From Gekko japonicus (Eukaryota): 64,000 nt of DNA. The translations under genes were made by a program, and so were the position numbers. The stretch is from positions 1 to 64,000 of the forward strand of contig NW_015163118.1 in the NCBI RefSeq assembly GCF_001447785.1, in the 5' to 3' direction. Each line of letters starts with the position of its first letter. Position 1 is the stretch's first letter. The notes under the pieces are model-generated. The model had not been told where the DNA came from. It ran no database searches and was given only the letters and a program-made list of their open reading frames with translations. Shown here in pieces: positions 1-13,622 of the stretch.

Positions 1-143
1 TTTCCTGGAGAAGTTGGCATAACAAAACTGTCTCTGAGAGAGGGGGGGGGAAGCAAAAAACAGACCTGGATCTCGGGTTGGGAAGGATTCCTCCTTCAGT
101 TTGAATGGTTAAATAGAAGGGGATTTGGAGTCAGGCCTGGGAC

Positions 144-327
144 TATGATTGCCCGCTCCAGGTTGGGAAATTCCTGGAGATTCTGTGGTGATATCTAAGG
201 ACTGCAGAATTTGGGGAGGGCAGAGGCCTCAACTGGATATAATGCCACAAAGTCCACCCATTTTGTTGTTGAGTTCAGTTGTAATTCTGGGGGATCTCCA
301 GGTCCCACCTGGAGGCTGGCAAACCTA
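144..327. mobile_element. hAT-type MITE (TAGGGTTGCC...GGCAACCCTA family), degenerate
   Basis: Shares body and termini with the copies at 735-1160, 18147-18350 and 45125-45327. Confidence 0.6.
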
Positions 328-734
328 GGCTTAGCAGCACCCTCTTAGTAACTTGATACCACCTGACTTGCATGATTCAACTAGGCTCAGCTGCTTGCTA
401 CTGTTCAACAGCAGCAACTCTATAAAAGTCAGTGTAGTATATGATCAGAGCTTCATAGCAGGGTTTGCAAGACCCAGGTTCATACCCCTATCTTGCTGTG
501 GAAGCTCACTGTGTGATTTTGGACCACTCACATACTTTCAGCTTAATCTACCTGATAGGGTTGTTGAGTGGATAGAAAGAAGAAGAGAATAATGTAAACT
601 GCTTTAGTCCCCAGACTCCCCACTGTGGAGAAAGACCATAGTTTTCCTCAGTAGAAGCTGCAGGGGGAAAGGAGACGGAAAGCAGAAGACAAAGGGGCAG
701 ATAAAGGTAGATTGGCTGTTGGGTGGGAAGGAGA

Positions 735-1160
735 TAGGGATGCCGAATCCAGGTTGGAAAATCCCTAGATACTTGAGAGGTGGACCCTAGGGTTGGTGGG
801 GACTGAGGTGGGGAGGGACTTCAAACAGATATATTGCCATAGACTCCACCCTCCAAAGCAGTCATTTCCTCCAGGGGAACTAATGTTGCCAACCTCCTGG
901 TAGGACTAGGGATATCCTGGAATTACAACTGACCCCCAGATGACAGAGATCAGTTCCCCCAGAGAAAATGGCTGGTTTGAAGGGTGGAGTTTATGGTGTC
1001 ATACCCTGCTGGGTCACTTCCAAGCTCAAACCTCATCCTCCCAAGGCTCCACTCCCAAATCTCCAGAAATTTCCCAACATGGAGCTGACAACCCCAAGAG
1101 GAACTGATCTCTGATCTCTGTATTTGGTCAATCCGCTGTGATTCCTGGAGAGTGCCACTG
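735..1160. mobile_element. Two nested, oppositely oriented copies of the same MITE family
   Basis: The copy at 735-881 is interrupted by an inverted copy (about 885-1097) and resumes at GAGGAACTGATCTCTG. Confidence 0.55.
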
Positions 1161-2704
1161 CTGCTTGGGGGGGGGGGAGTAGGTGGGTGGCCGGGAGAGT
1201 GACAGGGCAGAAGGAGTGATGGGGTGGGGGCAGAAAGAATGTGACAGACATGGAGAGGAGAGAGAGAGTAAGAAAGGGGGCGGCAGGAAGGAGAAAGAGT
1301 TTGAGAGAAGTAGGGGGAGAGGGGAAGAAGCAGAGGTGGGGGGAATGGGATAGCTGCTCCCGCACTTGTCCTAATTGTCTTCTTGCTGCCCATGCAGGAT
1401 CATCTTCTTCTCTTCTTCTTTGTACACCAGACATTGCCTTTTCCGACATCACATCCCTGTCTTTGTGCACACAAGATGTATCCGTATGTCATTGTACATT
1501 ATGGAATCATGTTTCAGCAATCATTCACAACTGGGTTTGGCTAGATTTTCTCTTCAGGAAGCTAAAATGGATGTAAACTGTGGCCCAACCATCTTCAGGA
1601 ACTGAGAACCATCTGGTTTAGACATGCAGTCAGAAAACTGTGAGCATCTATACTACAATACTGTCATGGCTTCCCCCACATGACAAAACTGTCATGGCTT
1701 CCCCCACAGAATACTGGGAACTGTAGTCTAGTAAGTGGTCATTCTTAGAGGTCTTTCTTACAGAACTGCCTTTCATAGAGATCTCTTCAGAGGAGGAAAT
1801 GTAGACATGCCCAGTGGGTTTTGCTTTCAAAGGATTGTTTTCTACACCCATGTACGTAGGAAACAAGATATCACAGTCACACATAGTTATGCAGCTATTT
1901 CCTACATTTGATCATTCTTCACACTGTAATGTTTATACCAGAATTTTTAAAAGACAAGCATTCAGCCCATTAACTCATTAAAGTTAGTGACTAAATGGTG
2001 TCATACTGTATTAGCTTCCCTGATACATGATTCAGGCAACTAGGATCTAGTGGCTGTTAAAACTTCCTTTCTAGAAAAAAGAAAATTGTGCATGTCCTGC
2101 TGGAACCAGGCCACACTATCTGAGAGACCAGACAGAGGACATCTGCGTGTTGATCCCTACTTTCAAAGATAACCATGCCCCTGACTAAGCAGCCACCAGG
2201 CATCTCTGAAAAGTTACAAATTGACAACATTCTGAGGAATATTCTCCATTCCCAAGCATATCACTTACGCCCTCTGGCACAAAGCACCTCCTGTCTTATT
2301 AATATCTCCTACATTTCGTAGTAGGGAAGCTTAGGTGAAAAACAGAAAAGGGAAAGAAGGGGAGGGAAGAGAGATGAGCCGTGTCCTTTAGAACAGAGAA
2401 AGAATAGAGCCAAAGAGATTCATTGTCATCTTGTCAATAAAAGTCCACTATTTTTAATGCCTACATAAGATGCAAGTTATCCCAAGTGGGAGATGACCAA
2501 ACAAAAACAGCATGCCCCTATTCTGCTTCTATCTAAACTCCGGGTACAGAGAAAGTAGAGATGTCATCGGACTAAGATTTTCAAGGGACTTAAAAGATGG
2601 GGAAACATTCTTTTTGACCTTTTCAGGCATAGCTTTTCAGCCCTCCCCATCTCCTTCCATCTTGATAGCTGCTTCATCTTCTGAACTTCCTTGGATCCCT
2701 TAAT

Positions 2705-3420
2705 TGTTATGATAAAGAGATGCAGGATACCTCGATTAACACTCAGGGAGGCCCTGACCTCAAAGAAACATTCTTTTTCTGGGAACAAAAACAAACTTCT
2801 CAGACTGCAGGCTGAGAGGAGATGAATTTCCTTTATAGAGACAAATTGGCAGGATGAAGATGGCCATTTGCACACCATCCAGGAAGGGGCAAGATAGATG
2901 GCTATTTGGATATCCTGAGTTGGGCCATAAATGTTTTGGGATGTGCACCCTAATTTGATTGGCAAAAGGGATCCACATGGGGATCCAATTCTCAGTTTCA
3001 TGATAAGGTAAATTGCAACTCTCCCTGCTGGGACAAGTACAGTTCAAAGGTCTGTGCACCCTGTCAGAAGCATGTGAGCAAAGGTCCAGGGATCAGGGAG
3101 CAATGGAGCGAAGTCTGTCTTAACCCGGTTCCAACAGACTTGTGTTTCAAGGTTCCAGCAGACTTGTGTCCTTTCCATGGAAAGGAATGCCAAGGTAACA
3201 ACAGTGATTATAGAACTTAGTTAGCCACATGTTCTGTTTTATTTTCTTAGCTCTATAACACCCTGTAGTTATACAGTTTGATATAGTTTTTCAATACACT
3301 TATGCTCCAGTTAATTGAGACTGTATTTTAGTTATCCCAGATTTGGTGAAAGCCCTCACACAGGGCACTTGACTTCTCTTCCATGCTTAGACCAGAACCT
3401 CCTGACTAGGCTACAGACAG
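2705..3420 (+). mobile_element. Possible LTR-derived insertion
   Basis: Begins TGTTATGA exactly where similarity between the 2592 and 3641 duplicates breaks off; 3' end and TSD not resolved. Confidence 0.3.
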
Positions 3421-4818
3421 TTGGCTAGCCAAGGAGAAGGGGGTGAAGCAGGACACAGAGAGAGAGAGACCCTATCTGTGCCTCAAGTTGCAGGCAGAAC
3501 AAGGAGCTTGAGTGGTGATGGCTGAAGGAAAGTGAGAAGGGAGGGCTGTGGGGAGAAGAAGCCCTCTCACACACCCGCAGGTTCCTTTCCACCTCTCAAG
3601 CAAGGACAGTGGGAAGAAGGGGAGGGGGAATTATTTTACAAAAAGTTGGAAAACGTTCTTTCTGACCTTATCATACATATCTTTTGATCCCTTCCCATCT
3701 CCTTCTGTCTTACTAGCCGCTTCATCTTCTGAATCTACTTGGACCACTTAATGACCTTAGAAAAGCTCTGTAGATGAGGGGGACCCAAGTGTGCCTGCAT
3801 AAACAATTTACATTATCTGGTTTACAGTGGGTCCATCTGTTCAAAGCCTACAGTGATGACCTAAAATATCAAAAAAAGTCAACAGCCTATAATGGACTGG
3901 TGGGGGATGTATGCCTAAATCACTTTAGCCTTCTGGATATTTTTCACTGAGACAAGCCACTCTATTATTAGGAAGGGTGAGTTGACCTGCCTCAGGTGGC
4001 AAAAGCTACCAGTTGTTTTGCTTAGTATATTTTTACCACCCTAGTGGTATCATTTGGATTTTTTGTCTCTGCTTGGTAAACAAGACACATTCCTGATGCT
4101 TATACATTATTACCGACTGGTGACAGTGCATCCCCCTTCTTATTTTCCTCTCCAGAAAGTCTTTCAACCCATATTCTCTATTGCTCTGTTTATTCTGAGT
4201 TTCCTTTCAAGGTGCAACTTCATGATATGCTGGAGATCCTAGACTGGATCCCTTAATGGCATTAATTTTATTTAAAAGTAGTCAGTGGGGTGAGGTTATT
4301 TGTATCAGGATGCTAGTGTGGAGTGGATAGGTAATCCTTTTTGCCATTTTCTGGATTTCTGTCCCTTACACCAAGCTACTATTAGCTTCAATAAGGAAAT
4401 AAAACAGGTTGCCTATCATTATTCCACACCGGGGTTAATAGCAGCTCTGAGGTGATTTCTGTTCAGGAAATGACATGAGGAAAGCCATTCGTGGATTGAC
4501 TATCTCCTCATTTTATTTGTCAAAGCTTTTCACATGAACCAAGCTTCCCTTGGTGGGAAGGCCTTACCAACTCCCTCAACATTCCCCTCAGTCACCACGT
4601 CAGGTTTCAGAACACACTGCTAGCTCAGCTGAGTTGCAGTTATCAGGGGTATTGAAACAGCACACAATCCCAGCTCCAATCCCGAGCGGTTCCTCTTTTT
4701 CTGAATGCATCACTGCTTTTGAAGCACACCACTCACTGTATTGCCGCACTGCGCAGGCTGCTAGCCTGGGACGACATTTTCTCAGAATTCTTTGGAGAAG
4801 CTACTTTACATTATGGGG

Positions 4819-5000
4819 AGTGTTCCCTCTAAGCTGAGTTAGTGTGAGCTAGCTCACAGTTTTTTAGCCTCTGGCTCACACACTTTTGTCTTAGCTCAGG
4901 AAGGATGCCTCCAGAACAGACTATTTTACGCAGTAGCCAAATCGCTCGCTCACAACTTTAATGCCAGTAGCTCACAAAGTAGAATTTTTAATCACAAGAG
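4819..5000 (+). mobile_element. Truncated hAT MITE (same family as 35225-35430)
   Basis: AGTGTTCCCTCTAAGCTGAGTTAGTGTGAGCTAGCTCACAG is nearly identical to the 35225 copy; the right TIR is missing. Confidence 0.75.
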
Positions 5001-5044
5001 CCTTACTCCGTCTTATTCAGGTTCACCAGTATGTTATGAGCTGG

Positions 5045-5525
5045 TGTCAGACTCGGGCCCTGGATTTATTGTCTTTGTACTATTAACGCTTGGTTTCACT
5101 TTTGTATCCCTTGCTTGTTAGGCACATCTGGTATTGCTCTATGCCCTTATCTTTTGCCCTCGCTGACGTGACATTCCAAAGGGGGGGAGTAAGTGTGAGT
5201 GTGATTGTCTGTAGATAAGGATGTGCCGTTTGTAACTCTTCTTCACACAGCCCCCAGGAAATTCTCAGGTTTTCTCATGAGAGCCAACCTTGGGAGAGGT
5301 AAGACTTTGAGCATGGCTAGTTAGGTCGTATATCTCTCATGACCGGTAGTAACGCTGGTGTGGATGACATATGCATGGAATGTGGGACCCCATCTTTATT
5401 ATCAATTCTTTGGCTTGGCATTACCAGTTCTGACAAAGACTTTCACCTCCACAGTTAACCACATCTTTTCAATAAACTTTCAAAAGAAAGACTGTGTTAA
5501 GAGTGGTTCTACTGGGAGTCTGACA
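5045..5525 (+). mobile_element. Solo LTR
   Basis: 10-bp inverted termini TGTCAGACTC...GAGTCTGACA; 5-bp TSD GCTGG (5040-5044 and 5526-5530); AATAAA at 5471. Confidence 0.85.
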
Positions 5526-6691
5526 GCTGGTCTCTTTGTATGCATCCGGTGGTGTGATTAAAATATTCAAGACAAATGCTAATAACCATTCTCTATTCTC
5601 AAAAGACTAAAAGAAGAGAAGGGATATTTTTAAAGCTTTGGTTTATGGTCATATATATATACTGTAGTCAAAGCAGAAAGACACCTTTGGAAGTGCCGGT
5701 ACTTAAGAAGAGGCAAGAGAATCAGCAGAGAGAGGCTGCATTCCTTTTGTGACCTCTTTTTATAGCATAGCTCCCTGCACGGACATTTCTGAACAGGAAT
5801 CAAAAGCAGAGACAGAAGCATTCTTGTAAGAGAGGCTAGAACAATAGATAGGCAGCAGATTTCAAAGGTGTTTTCAGATGTTTTCAAATCAATCTCTGTG
5901 CCAGATTTCAATGAAATATGAACTCAGACAACTTGATATTAACCCCGGTCCAATAGAGATGTCAGAAGTACAGTCTTCAGTTTAGAAGCAGAAAAGCAAC
6001 AGAGGCAGGAAATCATCAGCTGGCAGACTTGGAGGTAAAAGCAATTGACATCTTTAGTACAATAGAACTGGCAGGGCAATTCAGTGTGGGAAGAAAAACA
6101 GAAACCAGTGGAGGCACAGAACTACCGGTGAGATACCTGAAAAGGGGGAACCTCAAATGATCCCATTTCTGGAGAAGAGCTTTAAGAATGGAAACAAATG
6201 GAAACAAAAAGTAGGGAATGGATGTAGGGATCCTGCTGGTGATATATAAGAGCCCAGGATGACCCTGGTTCAAATCTTAACCTTGAAGTGACTAAGAATC
6301 TTTGGGCAAATCACCATCTCTCGGACTTCACACCTCACCTGCAGTAAAGGGATAATAATACTGTTCTACTATGCAAGGCTAGTGCAAGGATTGTTGAGAT
6401 GTGATGTATTTTGGACACTCATCAAATTGGTATGTAAATGCTAAGAATTAAGACTGAGTTAGGAAAATTCAGAGAATTGTAGACTATCCTTATGATTTAT
6501 ACATTATTTTAACAATTCTGTGAAAGTCCAACTCTCATCAAGATTACAAGCCACATAGAGGTACAAAGTCATCTGTAGCAGTGAATAGTCATACAGTGGT
6601 CAGTATTTATTTTGCTGTCGATACTAGCAATAAAGCATTCTCCTACTGCTATTTAAAATTAAGAAGAACATGTAAGAATGGCAAACATTTT

Positions 6692-6949
6692 TGTTTAGGT
6701 GATTATTTTTTTGTGTGTGCACATGCATGTGTGTGTGTATGTGCTTGTGAGCCTGGAAGTCATGGTGACTTCCGATGACCCCTAGTGGGGTTAGGACATT
6801 TTAGAGAAATGGCTTTGATATTACCAGCCTTTGTGTCCTAGCCCTGATATTCCTTGGAGGTTGCCCTTCTAACTATTTGCCAGGGTCGGCCCTGCTTAGC
6901 TTCCCAGATCTGACGAGATCGGGCTTGCCTGGGCTATCCAGGTCAGGGC
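6692..6949 (-). mobile_element. 5S rRNA-derived SINE
   Basis: Minus strand GCCCGATCTCGTCAGATCTGGGAAGCTAAGCAGGG...GGAATATCAGGG resembles 5S rRNA; 17-bp TSD AGAATGGCAAACATTTT (6675-6691 and 6950-6966). Confidence 0.8.
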
Positions 6950-9253
6950 AGAATGGCAAACATTTTGAAAGTCTAGACTTCTTACCAATGAATTTTGTAC
7001 TACCAAGGGAGAAACAATAGACAATGAATGTGAAAACAGCCATGTGTATCAAATTCTGAATCATTTAGAAGCAATCAATGTTCTTGAAACCCAGTTACAG
7101 AAATCAGTGTGTTAAAAAATCATTTCACCTTCCTGGACTAAATCAAGGCAGCCAAGGAAGAGCTCAGAGTAGAAGCGAGATGAAAGGACAAACACCCAGT
7201 CAGAGCACAGTGTGAAAAACAATGTTAAACAGTAGTATCTTATCAACAACTTTTGCAAGTGGGACTCTATAATGGCATGAAATTATATTTGGGATGACAA
7301 TGATGGACTTCATTAATTTTCATCCCATATATGATATTACTACTGTATAGAGTCCCAAGTGCCAAAGCTGTTGAGCTACCAAGATATTAGAAAACTAGGC
7401 CCATTCAAAAATGCAAAGCAAGATTCTTAGAATATGAACACTCTTTCCTACGATTTTGATACTATTGGTGGCTGTAAGATTCTGTTGCACTAATGGCAGA
7501 ACCATGCTCCAGCACAAAGAGACTCGCTCTGGCACAAGCAGTCTATTCTACCGGTGGAAGGACCCTCCATATGCTGGTGAAAGGCTCCACATGTCAGAGG
7601 AAGGCTCCATGATTAGTGGATCCAGATAATTATGTTCTGTTCAGCTGCGTGGCTCCTTTCTTTCCAAACCCATACTTCTAACTGCAGACTACCAATGGCA
7701 GTCACTTTTAATCTATGCCCCTTTAAGTGCTTCCTCAGATCCAATTAGTTGCAGAAGTGTACATTTCACCAATGATCAAAACAAAAGAATTTGTTTTGGG
7801 CAAATGGAGGCAAAATGTCAACATGCATTTGGTGAGCATGTAAAACCCCATTCATTATAAAGAGTTATTGTCCTTTATTACGTTTGCTAAATTTGTAGCA
7901 AGTTTTCACAAGGCTGAATCTATGTACTTAACAGATCCGCACAGAGCTGTGTGACACCTTGATCTCGCTGTTCACCTTACTGGAGTCATTAGAATGGGAG
8001 CCAGAAGCCACTTCATCAGATGCTTGAAGTTAGCTGAAAACAACAGCGTGTTTTTTTTAATTAGAAAATGTCCTTGAAATGGCATGACAGTGCTACAAAA
8101 AAATTGATAGTTTTATATAACTTTGATTTCCTTTCTAAAAGGCAACATGAAAGTTTGAGCAAATACTTGAAAGTGATCCCCTCCTTTCACACATTAAAAA
8201 TGTGTAATTTTTAAATAAAATAATAATTTAAATAGTAATAAAAATAAAAAAAAACTGATCCAAAAGCATCAGGGGGGTGGGTTAATGTTTTACTCATCTT
8301 GAGAACTGTCTACAAGGCATCAAAATGGTCACATCCCTTTTATAGCAGAGCAGGTCTTGCTTCTGAGGGTCCCTTTTGGTGTATTCAGTGTAAAGACCCA
8401 AGAGTGACCAGTGCAGGATGGTTGTATGGCCATTATTCAGTTCAGAGTCCTGATACAAACATATTAAAATTGTTTTTCTTTTCTTTTTCACATGTTCACA
8501 TCACCAGCAAGAGAGAGGCTAAAAAGTCCTTCAGGTGGGACATGTCCATTCACTCATTCAGTCAGTCAGTCATTGAGTCAGTCATTCCATTAGAGGACAC
8601 CAGTATAAAACTGGGGGGCCCGGGGGAGTGACTTCAGGTTCAACAGAACCAATGTTGGGAAAAGTATTTTCAAAATGGTAGTGTAAGCCATGTGGGACTT
8701 AATTCAGATGGAGGCTACAGGGGGACAAGGTATAGATTCATGTCTCCCCTTGCCCTGCTATTAACCCTCAAAGAAAAATGACCAGCAAAAGAAAAGAAGC
8801 CTGTCTTTCCCCCCCCCCACCCCCCCTCCCCGCCCCCGCAGCGCCAAGGGCTGATAACAGTACAGAGTGGCCAGTTTCCATTGGCAGAACCACACAGGGG
8901 GAAGAGTTAAGCCCCTCTCCCCCCCCCCACAGCCACAATCTGAAATACCCTATGCTGCCCCCCCCCCAAAAAAAAAACACAGCATCCACTGGCAAGATCT
9001 CCCATCTTCTCATCTCATGTGACCCACAATTTTTTTCCCTAGGTTAAATCAAGTGGCATGTGTAAATGTGCCAGAGTGTTACGAAAATGTACTTAAAATA
9101 ACTTGACTGGAGACCATGGCGACAGGACACAGAAAGTGAATTTCAGGGAAGGCTCAACTGAGCTGGCTCCGAGGTGCTGCAAAACTATTGTCAGTACACC
9201 TAGTCAAAGTTACCCCAGCACAAGTTGGAAGAGCCAATATATATATTGAACCG

Positions 9254-9317
9254 TTTAGACAAAGCAGAGGGAGCAAATACAAAGAATCATTTAGACAAAG
9301 TAGAGGGAGCAAATACA
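9254..9317. repeat. 36-bp tandem duplication (about 1.8 units)
   Basis: TTTAGACAAAG(C/T)AGAGGGAGCAAATACA occurs twice. Confidence 0.8.
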
Positions 9318-9645
9318 TGTTCAGATTCCTGCCAGGCTTGAAGAGCTCCCTGCCTGCCCTGTGGATTAAGGATGACGGAGGGAAAGAATTAATTCCTTCA
9401 GTGTAATTAACAACTGGACCAGTTCTGGAGGATCTTGGGCTGGTAATGAACCATGGCACCACTTTAATTTCTTCCTTGCCCCACCGTCTTGTTATTAAAA
9501 CCAAGAATAGTTTCCATCAAATATCCCTTAAAGGGGAAAAGGATAGAGAGAGAGGAAGGGCACTGGATTTGTCTCAATGGAACATGATAAATTAGACTTT
9601 GCAGGATAAAGAGAGAAGGGGCGAAGAGGAGGGCACGGACTGTGA

Positions 9646-9773
9646 NNNNNNNNNNNNNNNNNNNNNNNNNNNNNNNNNNNNNNNNNNNNNNNNNNNNNNN
9701 NNNNNNNNNNNNNNNNNNNNNNNNNNNNNNNNNNNNNNNNNNNNNNNNNNNNNNNNNNNNNNNNNNNNNNNNN
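9646..9773. other. Assembly gap
   Basis: Run of N. Confidence 1.
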
Positions 9774-10648
9774 AATGACCTCCTTCTGCCCCATCCATCA
9801 GCCTGGGGTTGGCTTATTCTAACTAGAAGATTCTTTTCTTCTGTCTAACAGGCCCATCAGACACAATCTGCATGCCAATTACTGGAACAGACCCCCTGAT
9901 ACTGAAAAATGGAAATTAGCTGTCAAGGCAAGGCATCAGCTGAGCAGTTCCGATTGCTGGCTCTCAGTCTGTGGCTCATATCCATATGCACTCTGTTCTG
10001 TCTGCCGCTCCAACAAGGGAGCCCCCACTGGAAAAAGTAATCTAAAAAATTTTTCTCCTCTCAAACACCTACCACACTTTATTGTTATTCGTATTAGTTG
10101 CCAACATTGGGGCACAATGTGAAATTCACCAGAGGGCAAGAGCTGTTTGGAGGGGAGAGAAAGGAATTCTGATAATTGCATTTTTGGTGCTAGGCAGATC
10201 AAGCAATCCAATAAAAGGGCACTCAAAGAAAATGCTAATGTGGGACAAGTGGAACAAGCAAGCAAAATGGCTTCTGCCTTCTAATCTTGCTTGGCTTTCC
10301 CATTGACATTTACATGCCTGGTCCACCTGTCCAGGCACACATGTTGTGCACCACATGTCCATGTAAACATGTGCCTGTTTTGTTCTAACAGAAGCACTGA
10401 CCTGAGAACTCTTGGGGCTGCTCTGGTTCACAGAGTAGGCATAGCAGATGTAAGACAAAGCAGATGCATATGTCCCTATCCTAGGTTGTTTTGCATTTGA
10501 TATTAGACTGTACTATCTTGTGGAACTTTTCCTGAACATTAATTGGTTTGTTATGATGAGAGTCAGTGTAAAGTGCTAACTAAGTGTATGATCTGGCCAT
10601 AAGTGTCATGATTTGATTCCATGCATTGATACGGCAGAAGGTCTAGAA

Positions 10649-11047
10649 CAGGGGTGTCAAACTCATTTGTTATGAGGGCTGGATCTGACATAAATGAGAC
10701 CGTTTTGGGCCGATGTGTCATAAAATGTAATGCCAGGTAGTGGAGATATAAACTTTATTACTTAAAATAAAAACATGCTTAAAACATTAGCACTCTTACA
10801 ATATTTTGTTTATTTAACAGTATCTGAAAACCGACACCTCTTGCTCTGAATTATTGCATCAAAATGTCTGTGCTGTTGCAATCTTGAGTATGCTGTTCAG
10901 GTGTGTATCTGTAAGCTGCAAATTTACAATGACGCAGCAGCAGCAGAACTGGAAGAAGAAGCAGAAGACAGCCAGTTCCACTGCAGGCCTCATAGAAGCC
11001 TTCCGGGGGCCTGATCCAGCCCCCGGGCCATACGTTTGACACCCCTG
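10649..11047. mobile_element. hAT (Charlie-like) non-autonomous DNA transposon
   Basis: TIRs CAGGGGTGTCAAAC / GTTTGACACCCCTG; perfect 8-bp TSD GTCTAGAA. Confidence 0.9.
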
Positions 11048-12832
11048 GTCTAGAATAAGCACACGTTCTCATTGGGTTACTGCCTTATGGTCAAAGATTC
11101 TGGCTACGGTTCCTAGAAGAGCAGAGTCCTTATACAACCTTGACGTATGATGTCAAGTAAATACAAGCAAATGGACAGTGGCCAGATCTTCTGCTTGGAA
11201 ACATACCACAGGACTTTTCAGCAAATCATTTCAAATTAGCTACTCACAGGTCAGCCGGTAAATTGTTCTTTAAACCTTACAATTAGAAAGGACCATAGGA
11301 TCTGTGCAGTCGCACATATCCTTCCCTTTGGGGCTGATGATTGATTTTCTTTTTGCCCAATGATGGAAGTGGAAATAAATTTTGGATCTCCTGCAGACAG
11401 ACAACCAATAGTGGGGTTCTCTACTCTAGTACCAATGACCTTACAAACAATAAGGATCAGAGATGCATTAAGATGCCTTGCACTGATATTCTCTCTGGCC
11501 CATGGAGCTGGTCAGGAAGTACAGGAAGGTCTAGGCCTACTCCAGGGCTCTCCCTCAGCCATCTCCAGTAAGTGATCCTCTGACTTGTACCAGTCAAGTC
11601 CAGTCCTGCCAATTGTTGTGGAGTGTCATGGAGGAGGGATTTCTCCTTGTCAAGAATAGATGATGTGGTTGGTAGAGGGTCACAGGGGACTGACAGACTC
11701 TGCAATACCTGTCTGAGAGAGATTAGACACATTGGGTACCTTTATGACAATAAAAATGAAAAGAAAGGCCGTGCATGCAAAATAGCCTTCCAAGACTCAA
11801 CTGTTCGGAGTACAAGAGCTCCCTTAAAGATAGAAGTTCGAAGCTGATGTCCATATACACCATAGTTGGCTCCCAATAAATGAATGTTTTGAACTGTAGC
11901 TCCATAAAGGTTTGGTTTAACAAAGGATTTTCAGTTCCATTACAAAACTACAAACCCCAGCAACCTGTGGGTGAGAGTTTAAATTAAAAGTGAGAAGCCA
12001 TGGTGTCCCTCAGCCATGGGATAGCCCTGATTCCTCCCACCTTCACAACTGAAATATTGTGGTACATACTTGAAAATACATGCATATTTGGCTGCCTATC
12101 TCCCTTTCTTCAGGTGGCTGTTTATCTTTTTAAAAATAAAAATGGCCTCATGTACCTTTTATGATGGAGAGGGGATTGTGGGAAGATGGCTGCCAGTTGT
12201 GCAGGATCCAGGAAGAGCAAAAGACTTCTGGCTCAGAGCCTGTGGCCTTCTGGGACCATCTTGGTGGATACCAGACCAGAATATTTCTAGTACCATCTTA
12301 ATAATACTTTCCTGTGAGTAAGCCCCATTGAGTAGACCTGACTAGTATTCTGAGTAGAATTACGCAGGATTGGGCTCTTTATGTACCTTGATTATTTTGT
12401 TTGTTTGTTTGTTTGCTTTATAAGTTGCTTTGGGTCCCCATTGGGGATAAAAGTAAGAAACACTCTGAACTGGGGTCAGTCATTACTTTATTCATTTTAA
12501 ACAATACACTTTTTAAAAAAGTGAATAATTGCACAGAGGGTTTGGGGGAAGGAGTAACTGATGATGTCATGGGTGCCAGCCATTCAGCACCGCACCGGCC
12601 ACTTCTGGTGCAAACTTCTAAAACCAGCTAGAACACGGAATCCGAGCTGATGCTTATTACATCTGTCTTCTCCCTATGTTAGCAAAGGCCCCTCCTCCCA
12701 CATCATCTATCCCCCCTCTTCATGCTCTTCCCCACTTCATTTGCCTAAAAGGCCCTTTGCCTCACCCCTTAAAACCACCCAGACCATCTTGCTGTATTTC
12801 CATTGATTCCCCCCTCCAGAGCCACAGCAGAG

Positions 12833-12834
<2 letters not shown>

Positions 12835-12901
<67 letters not shown>
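12835..12901. repeat. (TC)n(CA)n microsatellite
   Basis: Seen directly in the sequence. Confidence 0.95.
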
Positions 12902-13622
12902 AGGGGCAGGGAGTCTTTCCTGCTTGGCCAGTGCCTAATTAATACTGTATTCACAGGGGCTGTATTATTGTGGCTGCTGACAAGCATCACATACCCTGCA
13001 TCATTGCTACATAATAACCTCATATATCATACTGGAAGAGACTGTGAGGCCCTTGCTATGAAAGTACACGCTTTATACACCCAATATCATTATCCAAAGT
13101 CCCGCATTCCCTTGCTTGATATGCAAAAAATTCCTAGGTTCCCTAGAGTACCCAGCAAAGAAAATGCCCAATAAAATGGACATTTGTTATTTCCTCAGAC
13201 TTAAGGCACAACATAATAGAATGGGGGGGGGGTGAGTGAGTTTACCCAGAGAGTTCTTTATATTGTCCTAGGTGAGCTGAAAGAAGAGAAATGCTGACAC
13301 CTGGTGGCTAAGAGAGGAAGTGTACCTGTCCTGGACAGAGAAGTACCAGGAATCTGAGAGAGGGAAACAGGAAGCAACTAATAAGAGTTTCGTTGTCCTA
13401 TAGGAAATCCGCAGAAGTTAAGCATGACTAAAATGTTATTGATTTCTGTGGGACATAGCAATGGTTAACTTTCTGAAGACTGCAATTGTTTAACTGCAGG
13501 CAGGACAAAGTGTGCATGTTTACAATACTCCTTTAAAAAGAATACTGGACCTCTTTGCCCCAGATCTGGAGCGGCTCTGTACTCAACATTTATATTGATT
13601 TTGTATCATTTTAGTTGTTGTG

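Noticed and set aside
950-1576. Overlapping 111-147 aa ORFs
   Set aside because: They run through a MITE and a GA-rich low-complexity tract; no recognisable domain.
1660-1708. 21-bp direct repeat with a short spacer (CRISPR-like look)
   Set aside because: Only two copies in eukaryotic DNA; a simple local tandem duplication.
5981-6127. Plus-strand 147-nt open exon-like segment (cag|TTTAGA...CCG|gtgaga)
   Set aside because: Peptide not recognised, weak pyrimidine tract and no partner exons.
6830-6930. 5S rRNA gene
   Set aside because: Diverged, incomplete and embedded in a TSD-flanked SINE.
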